Assembly (NCBI GenBank): GCA_009103225.1 | Contig: RHPI01001292.1 | Coordinates: forward strand, 94,080 to 158,079 | DNA from: Chlorokybus atmophyticus | Lineage: Eukaryota > Plantae > Mesostigma and Chlorokybus algae | Reading direction: 5' to 3' | Length of the DNA stretch: 64,000 nucleotides | In this document: one piece after another, positions 1 through 11,500 of the stretch | How the letters are laid out: the number at the start of each line of letters is the position of its first letter | How positions within the stretch are numbered: position 1 is the first letter of the stretch | The notes under the pieces: generated by a model | Seen by the model: only the letters and a program-made list of their open reading frames with translations | Told to the model about the DNA's origin: nothing | The model's database searches: none | Translations under genes and position numbers: made by a program

Positions 1-61
1 AGGCGCTTCATCCTGGGGTACTCGGCGAAAGCAACACCGCTCACCAAGTTGTTGAGCAAGG
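1..61 (+). mobile_element. Chromovirus (Ty3/Gypsy) pol fragment, end of RT; continues at 16700 after the inserted element
   Basis: Frame 1 reads RRFILGYSAKATPLTKLLSK, typical of the Ty3 RT C-terminus. Removing 62-16695 and one AAGG copy gives agc aag gag gtc aag tgg (SKEVKW), in frame. Confidence 0.85.
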
Positions 62-310
62 TGTCGGGTCGAGGAAAGTCGAGGGTCACGTTGTCTCGTG
101 CAGCTGGAAGGAAAGACATGCTTGCTGGACATGCAACTGCGGCATGCTTTAGCATGTCTGGTGGTGGTAGCAAAAGCAAAAAGATAACCCAGCTCTTGTA
201 ACAGTAGCTGCTTCTTGGAGCACGTCTGCCGATGTGGAGTGGTGCGGACATGTGGAGGGAATCTCCTCCTTGGTGTATATGCTGATGTAGGACACACACT
301 CAACAAGCCA
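62..310 (-). repeat. Element 1 repeat A, outer copy (3' terminus of the element)
   Basis: tgtcgggtcgaggaaagtcgagggtcac...caacaagcca is repeated at 903-1155 (roughly 80-85% identical by eye). Confidence 0.92.
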
Positions 311-900
311 CTGCTATGGGTAGTGCTGTTTACAGAGTTTTTTGATTGAGTGGAAAATGTGTTACACTGTTACGTGAGGTGAATGAGCAAGCAACACGTG
401 AATGCTATGCTCTGACTGATGCCAACAAGCACACCGCAACCAAGCGCATCAAGCTCATAGCAATGAAAAGCACAGTGCACACGAGCATGCACAGACTCTG
501 ACGCGATGAGGGGATTCTTGATAATCAGGACGGCGTGGTCGTAGTTCAAGTCGCTTCACAAGCTCCTAGCTTTCTCACTCATAGTGTCACCAGCTGATTC
601 CATAAACACTGCGACTACTTATACGAGTCAAGTTTTGACTGTTTAAAACACAAGCTAACGGTCATATCGGGGCTGTTCCCACAAGAATTCTCCCTTGATA
701 TGGAACATAACATATAGATGAATTCACAACCAAACAGCTACGCGCGGTGCTTGTGTAGGCCACGATCATAAGCTAGCATAAGGTCATCATCTAGCTACTG
801 GTCAGTGACGCGCGCGGGTCGATATGCTGATAGTTCGGGCGAGTGTCTTGATGTAAGCATGCCTGATGCAGGCTGACACACGAGGACAATAGGCATGGCA
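301..900 (-). repeat. Element 1 repeat B, 3' copy
   Basis: Colinear with 16102-16695 (caacaagcca...gtagtgctgttt...ggcatg(g/a)ca), roughly 85% identical by eye. Confidence 0.92.
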
Positions 901-902
901 GC

Positions 903-1155
903 TGTCGGGTCGAGGAAAGTCGAGGGTCACACATTGTGTCATGCAGCTGGCAGGAAAGACATACTTGCTGAACATTCTACTGCGGCATGCTGTAGCATGT
1001 CTGGTGGTGTTATAAAAAGCCAAAAGATAACTCAGCCTTTGCAACAGTAGGTGCTGCTTTGAGCACGTCCGCTGATGTGGAGTGGTGCGGACACGTGGAG
1101 GAAATCTCTCCCTTTGTACACATGCTGTGCTGTAAGACACACAGTTAACAAGCCA
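903..1155 (-). repeat. Element 1 repeat A, inner copy
   Basis: Direct repeat of 62-310, separated from repeat B by the dinucleotide GC (901-902). Confidence 0.92.
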
Positions 1156-2566
1156 CCCCCCTTGAGCCTCTGGGGAGGTTCCAGCTCCAGAGCTCAGTGT
1201 TCAACGAGTGTGGAGGGCCGTTGGCGCGGCAGTCATCACACCAGTATTCCTCCATGGGTACCGCATCCAGTGGGGGCTCAAAATAGTAGCAATGCAGGCC
1301 CTTGTTGCAGCCATCACAAAGCATCATAAGCGAGTCATCGTCGGCTCTGCCGCAGCGCTCGCAACGTGTGCGGCGGAGCGAGGGTGCTTGATACGCCAAG
1401 ACCCTGCTACGTAAGGGAGGTGACATGGCGCGTAGTTCACCATGTTGTTCTTCAACCTCTTTCTGGTGTACTGGAAATCCCCGGCCAGGCTGGCCGGGGA
1501 GGTCTAGTACTCTTGTGGGTACACATTGAGCACTTGTAGACTGTGCGGACAATAGAGGTGTTAAGCGTGCTTTTAGGGACCTCCATGCGGTAGGCGAAGT
1601 CTCCTGTTTAAAACCGGCGTTGGCGCTCCTTGTAGAAGCCATTGCGCACGCGCTCGTAGCATAGCGTGTCGCGTGCTGCGCAATGCGCAAGTTGTTGAAG
1701 GCCGTAGGGACTGTGCGCTCAAATAGTGCTGCGCGCGTGTTAATGTCATGGTGCATCCAGTCGGGGTCGTCGAGGTTGTTCACCACGCGATCCACCTCCT
1801 GATGTGCACGGAAAGGAAGTAGTAGCAGCGGTCGCCTGAACAGTACGTAGTACGGGCTGTACTCGCGCAGAGCTGCCTGCTTTGACAGTCGATTTCCAAG
1901 AGCCACCCATGGGAGGTGGTCATCCCAAGTATTCTTCTCGTACTCCAGCACATACTTGCGGAGTGCCTATTTAATGGTCTGCACCGTGCGCTCGGCGAAA
2001 CCGTCGGTTTGGGGGTGGTCACGCGAGGTACGGCAATGATCGGTGTAGCACCCATCTAAGAGAGTATCGAACTCCCCTTTGGACTCAGTGCCTTGGTCGG
2101 TGATGACCTCTGCGCAGCTACCAAACCGGCTGAGGACATGTGAGAGGGAGGCTTGAGCCACCCGTCTATAGCTCTTGTTGGGTAGTGGCACCAGCTCCAC
2201 CCACTTGAAGAAATGCTCGATCATCTTTATGATATAGCGGTTGCCGCATGCCGAGGGTGCTAAGTCTCCCAGTATGTCGAGTCCCCATCGATAGAAGAGA
2301 CCTGAGATGGGAAGAGGATGTAATGTGGCGCTGCGCGTGTTGAGGCTGGCGCGCACCATGTCACATTGTTGACAGTGACTTATAAACTCCTGCACCTGCT
2401 TGTACAACCCATGCCACCAGTACTGTGCCCTTACAAGGCTGACGGTGCGCTCGACACCGAAGTGTCGAAGCTCAGTGTGGAGGGCAGTGATGATGCCTTC
2501 ACGTGTGGCCGGTGTTGGCACCTCCTTATCTTCACCATAGAGGAGACGATACAGCTTGTCATCCAC
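1145..2566 (-). pseudogene. Element 1 DDE integrase with C-terminal PHD finger
   Basis: Zinc-binding region H..LRHFG...CQQC; catalytic motifs WGLDILG, ITDQGTE, GFAERTV; PHD CERCGRADDDSLMMLCDGCNKGLHCYYFEPPLDAVPMEEYWCDDC. Stop at 1967-1969 and frameshifts. Confidence 0.9.
1156..1163 (-). promoter_or_regulatory. Putative polypurine tract of element 1
   Basis: Minus strand reads AAGGGGGG directly before TGGCTTGTT, the start of inner A. The tract is short, and the element 3 equivalent (AGGGTGTG) is degenerate. Confidence 0.5.
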
Positions 2567-3099
2567 CCCAGCGGTAGCTGAGTGCGTTGGTTGATGCGGT
2601 CCTTCTCATGCGCACGCATACCAAAGGAAAGAGAAGGATGGCTTGTCCAGCTATATGTCATGCCTGGTGTTGGTGGGTGCCAGCTCTGTGTCATTGGCTG
2701 CTGCATCATGCATGCAGGCTGCAATTGGCTGGTAGCTTCCTTAGGTTTTTATTTCTCGAAGATTGCAGACCAGTAGATTACAACCGATTGCAGATCAGGA
2801 GACCCCTTTAACCTCGATGTCACCACCGCGAGTGGTCCTTGCGCGTGTAGTGGTTGCGGAGCCGGTTGGCTCAAGGGCAGGCATCTCTTTAGTTGTTGCA
2901 GAGGCACCGGCGTCGGTCTTGCGCCCTAAGCGCGATGCGGTGACAGCAAACATGGCAGCCATTGTCGCAGCTGATGATGCAGGGCCGAGCTCATGCCGAG
3001 CTCCAGTTGCATTGTTGGTGCTCAGGTGTGGGTTACGACTGAGTCCATCGGCGTCTTGGTTGGTGAGGCCAGCGCAATGGTTGATCTCAAAGTCATAGT

Positions 3100-4350
3100 T
3101 CTGCAGTAGTAGGGCCCAACGGGCAAGTTTTCTATCAAATGTGGGCCGCTCATCACCTACTTGAGTGGCTGATCATCAGTAATCAACTAAAAGTGTCGGC
3201 CGAAGAGGAAGGGCCGGAAGAAGAAAATAGCCCACACTGCAGCGAGGCACTCTCTTTCGTAGCTGCTGTAGTTGGCCTCCGCACTGTTGTTGCTCCAACT
3301 ACCGTATGACACCACCCGCTTCTTCTTGTTCTTATCGTGATGCACCAGCACGGCTCCCATCCCGAGCTTGCTTCAGTCGGTGAGAAGGATGAAGGACGTA
3401 GTGTAGTCAGGGCGTTGAAGGATGGGTGCTGTAGTGAGCCTGCCTTTCAGCTTCTTGAAGGCCTGCTGCTGCGGCTCCATCCACACGAACTCCACTTTCT
3501 TCGTCAGTAGCTCATTGAGGGGCCGCGCTATCTTTGCGAAGTCCTTCGCGAAGTCCTTCCCGAATCGACGATAGTAGTTGATTAGGCCCAAGAAGGCGCG
3601 CAGGCGCCTGACGTCCGTTGAAGCAGGGATAGCTGCAAGGGCCTCCACTTTTGCCTGCTGTACGTACACCGTGGGGCACAATCATGTGCCCCATGTAGGG
3701 TACCTTGTGAGCGAAGAAGATGCACTTGTTGGGGTGCACAGTCATCCCCACTCCCTTGAGCCTCTCCAGCACCTCCTTGACGTGCTGTAGGTGCTCTTCG
3801 TTGTTGCAGCTGAAGATAAGATTGTCGTCGATGTAGCGCCGCGCGAAGTCCAGCCCTTTCGAGGCTTTGCCCATGACGCGCTGGAACTCGGGGGCACTCT
3901 TCAGCCCGAACGGCATCACTTCTTATGGTGTAACTCTCGGTTGCCTAAAAAGGTCTTGTTCTTGTCCTCATCCTTGATGGCGATTTGGTTGTATCCTTGG
4001 CACATGTTGAGGATGCTGAAGACTGTGCAGTCTCCTACATTGTGAAACATGCCCTATGCTGTGGGCATTGGGTATCCATCTTGTTTGGTCTTGTTGTTGA
4101 GGGGGCGGTAGTCGCCGCACATGCGCCGTTCGGTCCAGTTGCTTGCTCAATCCTTCTTCAATGACATGACCGCCGCGCCTGCAAAGTACGATGTCGATCC
4201 CTCAGTGAGGCCTGCGTCCAGCAGTGCCTTACATCTGTATTCCACCAGATCCTCCTTTGACTTGGAGAGCCCATATTGCCGTCGGAACACCGCCTCCGTG
4301 TCCGCCAGCTCGATGTTCATTGGGTACACTTTCCCAGCTCTTTTACGTTA
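3100..4350 (-). pseudogene. Element 1 reverse transcriptase and RNase H (Ty3/Gypsy type)
   Basis: RMCGDYRPLN, MPFGLKSAP, RYIDD (3825-3836), LRAFLGLINYYRRF, TAPILQRPDYTTSFILLTD; disrupted by stops and frameshifts. Confidence 0.92.
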
Positions 4351-4661
4351 AAGCTGAATTGGTCTCCTCCACCTGTTGAGGAGACCTCCAGCTTCTCTTG
4401 CGTGTACTCCGTGGCAAAAGCACCGGTGGCGTGGTCCCATGACGTTGCGTTGGCAACCACTGGGATGTCTTCCATTGTTACTGCTGCTTGCTAGCAGCAG
4501 TAACAATGGTCCGCCATGTGAGCCACCTCGAGGGCTGTATGAGCTGCCTTGATGTCTGCAACGCAATCAGCCCACCCCCCAACCAGGTGTGCGAGGTCCA
4601 AAAAGAACACTTTGCGGTCCTGCAGCGCAAAGCTCAGCTCCTGCAACCAGACCATGCTGTT

Positions 4662-5620
4662 TTAGTCCATGGCGCGGCCGAGCAGCCAACTTTGCTGACT
4701 GTCGGTTAGTGGGGACCCCGTGATACTGTTGGGGGAAAACCTTATGGCGCGTTCACGCTCGCGTGCATTGGGTTCGTCCAGCTTGCTTGTCGTGGTGTTG
4801 AACACCGTATGCATGCCATCGCCTCCATTGCAGAAAGCATAGGACCCTGGGTAGGACACCAATGTGGGAAGTGCGCGGCGCGGTTGCCCAGGTTGGTTGC
4901 ACTAATGGAAGTGGCTGTGGTCAAGACGTGTGACAGGTTGAGCTTTACGGTCGGGGATGAGGATGTCGTCGACCAGAAGGTTGCGTGGCATGTACTGCGC
5001 GTGTACTCGGCTGTCATCAGCTCTTTTGTGGTGGCCAAGTTTGTCCACTTGGCGCGGACGCGATGTGCACGGGAACCATAGCGCGCTGCGTTCACCTTGA
5101 GTGGATGCTCAAGAACGGAGCATACCTGTTAATAGGTGGAGACTACATGGGGACGCTTGTCGTCCTCAAAGTGCACGTTCTCAATGACGCACCCTAGTGG
5201 ATTGAAGATCTGGTGCTGTTGGAGGAGGTGGCTGATTCTCATCAGCTCCCAAAACAGATCTGAGTGAGTATCGTCAAGGCCGCGGCATGTTCCTGCCCTT
5301 GAGTGTCCTTAACACTCCCATCTAGCTTAAGAAGTCGATGTTGCCGAGGGACAGCAAGAGGTCCTCTGTGATCAATCGGATGTCTTGTGGCAATGCCTTG
5401 AGGCTGCCTTGCAGTGTCAACGAGGGCAATTGCTGTAGATAACGCTCGTGCAGCTGACACAGATGATGCTTAAGGAGTGCTTAAGCGCGTGGGTCAGGGT
5501 CGCAATAATAGTATTTAGTGACTTTCACACCTGTATAAAGGACCGCGGCGAGACCACTGCCGATGTCTCCGAACAATTTCACTACCATGATGCCCTGCTG
5601 CCGCCGAAAGGTATTGAATT
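4662..5620 (-). pseudogene. Element 1 C5 cytosine DNA methyltransferase domain (DNMT3-like motifs)
   Basis: Motif I KLFGDIGSG (~5550-5580), motif II YYCDPD, motif IV WEC*GHSRAG (Cys 5312-5314, stop 5309-5311), motif VI IENV (5174-5182), motif VIII AHRVR, motif IX EPNARERERA, motif X LLGRAMD (4665-4686). Confidence 0.9.
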
Positions 5621-6118
5621 CCGCGACTGCAGTGGCTACCATTTGCTGGCGTTGCACCTTGCAGTGTCCCTTGTAGTTGTGGAAGCGCGAAGTGATCAGT
5701 GGCTGGGTCAGCAAAAGGTACGCGTCCACCTGTGCACGCCAACGGCGTTCGGCAGGGTTTTATAATGCCACCTCAACCGTGGCATCCTCATGCTCCTCGA
5801 TGTTAAGAATGGGAGCGGAGCCGTCTGCGCGGCAAGGGGCTGCGGCGATGGCAGCGACTCTTGTGCGGGCGCTGTCATATGTGGCTGATGCAGCTCCCGT
5901 ATGCGCACGTAACTGCATCTTGCTGTGTGGCAGCCACTTTGCATTGGGCACGCATGCGTGACACCAACACGAGAGGTAGAAAGCCCTGTACCTCTCCATC
6001 ATCTTCATCCCCATGCGGGCGGAACCACGCCCGCTCTGTCCAGCAGTTAAGGCCCATGCCCACGGGGAAGTTGAAGTCCTGTCCAAGCAAAGAAGCTAGC
6101 GGTGGTGACCACGCATTG

Positions 6119-6400
6119 CTAAACGAACTCGGTGTGGGTTGGGTCCAGCCCTGTTAGCCGAATGCAGAAGGCCTCCTTGGTGACCGCCATCACCGCGACA
6201 CGGCTCCCCGTTGCTGTGTCCAATGCGTATGGGCAGGGCATCAGGTCTAAGCTGGTGATGCCAAGGGACCGCGCGAAAAAGCGCTCAATGATGACTGGCT
6301 GTGCTTCGGTGTCCAAAATCACCCGCTTGGGTGCCATGCCTTTAATGGTCACATGCTTGCCTTGGTTGGCTACTGTGGCAGCGTTGGCGTTGATGCGTAG
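6119..6400 (-). pseudogene. Element 1 aspartic protease
   Basis: KRVILDTEAQPVII is a decayed LDTGA motif; followed by ARSLGI and ALDTATGSRV; homologous region in element 3. Confidence 0.75.
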
Positions 6401-7890
6401 CCTCTTGGTGCGGGCTATCGTCACCGGTGCCTCACGTCTCTCAGCTGAAGGTGCTGAGCGCATCATAGCCAGAGCTCCTCTGCCTACTGGATCTTGACGA
6501 CCCCCTTCTTGTCCTCTCCCTCTGCCAAATCAACCTTGTCGTGGTGGTTGGTCGACATGGAGAGGCCTTTGCGCTAGGGTTTCTGGTGCTGGCTGTGGTG
6601 GATGCCGCCTTGAAGAGGATGGGATCATGCCTGCCGCCGTCCCCAATGGTTGTGGAGGAAAGCCCGACTGACCCGGTTTTTGCGGGCCTGCCTCGCGTTC
6701 TGCTTGCTTTGCGGCGTAGGTCCATCAAACAGCATGAGCTGCGTCTTTAACCAATGTCCCTTCCCACATGGATGTGGGCTCTATGTTCACATTGGTCTAA
6801 TGGTGATAGGGCTGCTGGTATACCCCGCGCTGTTGAGATGGACGATGACAAGCATATACATGCACAAGTGCATGCTACAACACCAGCGTTGGGAGTCCAT
6901 ACAAGACCATCTATTGCCATCATGTCCACGGGTTTAATACCCGCCAGCTACACATGCTCTACTGTAGAAGCTACTGCATCTAGCACACTCAACCATAACT
7001 TGCGCTTTAAGTTGCTCCACATAGCTAGCTTTAAAAGCTTTTCAACAAGCTATGGCACACGCTTAATAGTTAAGTAACCACCGAGATACAATTATTCTAC
7101 TGCAGCGCCTGGAAGTCTCCAAACTCCGGACTCGCCGACGCGCCTAGAACCATCTCGCGCCTATACCTCTCATCTTGAGTCGTCTGGAACCTTCTAGCGG
7201 GTATTCCTATATAGAGTGCAAATTGATCGGCTGACTTAGATGTGGGAATACCCTCAACACGCGCAGTAACTGCTGCCGCATGGCGTGAGTGATGGTGGGG
7301 ACTCGCAAGATCCCTGCTATGTAGGCATCCCACCTGCCTTGTACCACGCCCACATTGAGCACGGTTGTGGCGCGCACCCACATGTGCATTGGAGGTCAGT
7401 CTGCTATGCGTGTAGCTCGTGAGCGATGGCGCTGTGCCGGCGTTGCCGTGCTGCTGCTACTCCCGGCAACCGCAGCATTGCCTCCTGCACTCCATTCACA
7501 GTGTCAAGCGCAGTGGTGGCAGCTTCAGCGTATGCTTGCCGCAGCGAGCGGATGAATGCCCCCAACCATGATGCTCTGTTGCCAAAGGTGAACATGGGGA
7601 CAGCGGGGTGATTGGCGACGACTCACATCACGAGTCGTGCTCGAGAGGCGCTGCCTTCTTGCATCCCCATCATCTGTCTTAATGCACTGTCCTCAGGCCG
7701 GTGCAGCATGACTGCTTGCCGTATAAGAGCGGTGCGGAGTTGTTGCTCTCCTACCATACCAGCTTTTCCTCGCTGGGTGGTGTCTCCTTGTGGAGTGAGG
7801 TAACCTCGCCCTGCATCCCGCTGGTCGTCGGGCATACCATCGACCAAGGGGGGCAGTAGCAGGGCGATTACCCCCCTCACTTGTGGTTCC

Positions 7891-8397
7891 TGTTAGCATG
7901 AGCATGTCTTGCACACTGCTTAGTCCAGTCGGCTTGTACATTGGCTAAGGCATGAGCCTGAGAGACACTGCTACTAGTAAGAGCTGATATCGATCAGTCA
8001 TGAGTCTGTAGCAGATATCGAGTCCACTACGCGGAGTATGACCAAGCAGGAGACTCCGGACTTGCTCATGAGGCTGGCGCAGCCTGACGCAGCCAACGCC
8101 TTGGGAGAACGGCGAGAACTCCGCGTATACTTAGCCTTAGGAGGCGTGGCTTAGCTTGTTGAAAAGCTTTGGCTGTAAGCTAGACAACCAAGCTTACATA
8201 TTGGCAATCCGCTGAGTATAGCTCACGCGTTGCTTGCTAAAGTAGACATGTGTAGTCTGGCTGGTATAAAGGCCAACAGAATTAACAAGTTGTTGGTTTG
8301 GGTGAAACCCCTTTGCAAGCCTTGTATGCACGCCTTTTGTGTATGTTCTAATACATGTGTATGCTGTAGTTGGCCAGCGCTAGCTCAGTGTTCAACA
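7891..8397 (+). repeat. Copia 5' LTR
   Basis: Direct repeat of 12427-12933, about 98% identical. Confidence 0.97.
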
Positions 8398-8410
8398 GGT
8401 TATGGGCCCA
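8398..8410 (+). promoter_or_regulatory. Copia primer-binding site, half-tRNA-iMet type
   Basis: GGTTATGGGCCCA directly after the LTR; this is the PBS type of Drosophila copia, Ty5 and Osser. Confidence 0.85.
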
Positions 8411-8508
8411 CACTGCTAGTGGTTCAAGAGAGGAGACAGCACTACAACTAGTGGAAAAGCTGAGCGGAACTGCTACTTGCGGAAGACCTCTGAAGAAGGC
8501 GTGACAAG

Positions 8509-11500
8509 ATGGCAGAAGATGAAGGCTCCAGTGTCAGGTTGTCGGTGGCACCTCCGGACCTGGAGAACTATAGCACATGGAGCATAAAGATGAAGACGCT
8601 CCTAAAGCACAAGGGTTTGTGGAAGTATGCCGATCCCAACGGTGACGCACCTGTAGAGGGTACGCAGAGGTTGTGGTTGGGGAAGAGTGAAAAGGCACTT
8701 GCATTGCTATGCTTGAACGTGAAGGATTACCATCTTGTAATGCTTGATGAGTGTGAGCATGCCTAGGAAGCGTGGCAAAAGCTGGCAGACACATTCAAAG
8801 CAAGCAACAATGCAAGGAAGCTGCAGCTGAGAAGGCAGCTGAACGCGCTGAAGAAGGAGTCAGCGGAGCGTATCTCTAAGTACGCGGGACGAGCAAGGGA
8901 GCTGTGGAAAGACCTCACTTCGATAGGCCACGAGGTGAAGGAGGTGGATCTGGTTTGGGCTATCCTCTCCGGTCTCCCTGAGGAGTACGACATGGTGGTG
9001 ACCGTGCTTGAGACGCAAAGGGAAGAACTCAAGCTCAATGTGGTGCTGCCCATGCTGCTTCAACAAGAAGAGAAGACAGGCAGGAGAAGGGATGAAGCAA
9101 ATTCGGTGGCGTTTGCTGCTTCAAGCTCAAAGAAAGGAAGTCAGGGTGGAGGAGGAGGCTCGTACAATGGTGGCAACAGGAAGGGGAAGGACCACAAGAA
9201 GACCCTCAAGTGTCATCATTGTGGGAAGAAGGGCCACTTCAAGATGGAGTGCCGGCTGTGGTTAGTGGAGCAAGAGAAGGCGAAGGGTGGCGGACACGAC
9301 AACAAGGGTGAGAAACCCATTGCGTTTACATCTGCATCGTCAAGATCTGCAACTGCTTGGGTGCTGGACTTCGGGTGCAACAAGCATCTCACTTTTGACA
9401 AGGAGCAGTTCCAGAGCTACAGGCTTATTGACAAGCCTGTCATGGTCACATTTGGGAGCAGTGAGGAAGCAGCCATTAGCATGGGGGACGTCCACCTCAA
9501 CTGCAGTGTTGACGGAGCGGAGAGGCAAGTGTGCTTGCGCAATGTGTTACATGTTCCCCGAGCAGTTGTTAGTCTAGTCTCAGTGCGTGCTGCTGCAAGA
9601 GCTGGGGCTACGACTGTATTTAAGGGAGACCATGGGCGTGTATTCTTTGATGGGGTCGTGTACATGATTGCCAAAGATTATGGAGGAGGAGAGTATCATG
9701 TGAAGCTTGCTATAGTGCAAGCGTATACTGCATCGACCAAAGAGTCTGCAGCGCAGGTGGCATCGACGATTTGGACATCTCGGCTACGATAACCTCACCA
9801 GGCTGGTGAAGGAAGACATGGTGGTTGGCATCAACATCAAGCCGGAGGAGTTCAAAACCATGCAAGAGGTGTTGTGTGAACCCTGTGTGCTAGCGAAGCA
9901 ACGAAGACTGCCATTCCCAGCATCACAGAGTGTGACAACCAAGCCTCTGCAACTGGTACACTCTGATGTATGCGGACCACTGCCTGTTGCAACTGCTGAA
10001 GGGTACAGGTAATCTTGTACATTCTTGGATGACTATAGCAAGGTTGCGGTGGTGGTGCCCCTGCATTTAAAGTCGGAAGTGTCGGCACAGCTCAAGAAGG
10101 TACTCAACCTACTGAAGAAACAGTCAGAAGAGAAGGTGGTGACAGTGCGATCAGATAGAGGTGGAGAATACATCAGCAAGGAGCTAAAGACCTGGTTGAC
10201 CGAGCACGGGATCACGCACCAATACACGGCACCCTACACCCCGCAGCAGAACGGAGCAGCTGAGAGGCTGAACAGAACCCTGTTGGAGAAAGTTAAAGCA
10301 ATGCTGGTGGACGCAAAAATGCAAGACCATAGGTGGGGAGATGCACTGCTTACTGCAGCGTATGTGCGCAATCGCTCACCGGAAGCATCTCAAGCAAAGA
10401 CACTGTGGGAGCTTTTCACCAAGCAAAGGCCAGACATCTCTATATTGAGGGTTTTCGGCTCTACAGCGTATGTTCTTATCCCCAAGCAACTGCAAAAGAA
10501 GCTGGCGCCCAAGAGACAAAAAGGGCGTGTTTGTTGGCTATGAGTACAACTCAAAGGCCTACCGCGTGCTGCTGGAAGACAACAAGGTGGTGGTGAGTAG
10601 GCATGTGATGTTTATGGAGGAAGGCATCACAGGTGCTGTCCCAGAGGTTGTTGTTGTTAAGGAGGAGGAGGACCCCCACATGGAGGAGTCACCATTCAAC
10701 AACATTCCGCACCCAAAGGACCCAACTACAGATACCAACCATCAGTCTCAGCAACAAGCATTGGAGGAAGAAGCTGTGGAGGTCCAGGAGGAGCCCATGT
10801 ACATGCTGAGGAGCGCAAGACCTGAGGAAGGACGCTGCAAAAGCTTGGCAGCATTAACCAAGGAGGAGGAGCCTACCACATATGAGGAGGCAATGATAGC
10901 CTTAGACACAGAGCTATGGCAGCATGCGATGGACGAGGAGATAGCATCCTTGCACGCCAACGGCGCATGGAGGCTGGAGAAGGTCCCACCTGAAGTGAAG
11001 CCCTTACCAGTGAAGTGGGTGTACAAGATCAAGCACGATGGGCAAGGCCGCATCGAGAGACACAAGGTACAATTGGTGGTGAAGGGGTACTTGCAGCAAG
11101 AGGGCATTGACTTCGATGAGGTGTTCGCCCCTGCTAGTAAGCTTGTAACCTTTCGCACCATGTTTGCACTTGTGGTAGCTGAAGATTGGGAGCTACACCA
11201 CTTGGATGTGAAGACTGCATTCCTCTACGGAGAGTTGGAGGAGGAGATCTACATGCAGCAACCCAAGGGCTATGAGGAGGGAGGACCAGGCACTGCTTGC
11301 AGACTTGTAAAGGCATTGTACGGGCTCAAGCAAGCGCCAAGAGTATGGCACATCCGGCTCACCAAGAAGTTGGAGAAAATTGGCTTCACACCTTCTGAAG
11401 CTGATCCTGGACTCTTCACGCACAAGGAGAAGAAAATCTGGCTGTTGGTCTACGTCGATGACATCATGGCTGCTGCGAAGAAGCTGAAGGAGGAGGAGGT

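Noticed and set aside
301-900. Repeat B alone as a canonical LTR pair
   Set aside because: B lacks a CA end next to the PBS, has no PPT directly before its 3' copy, and the TSD flanks the outer A rather than B.
6790-7200. About 400 bp present in element 1 but apparently absent from element 3
   Set aside because: No TIRs, TSD or recognisable ORF; it cannot be called an insertion rather than a deletion in element 3.
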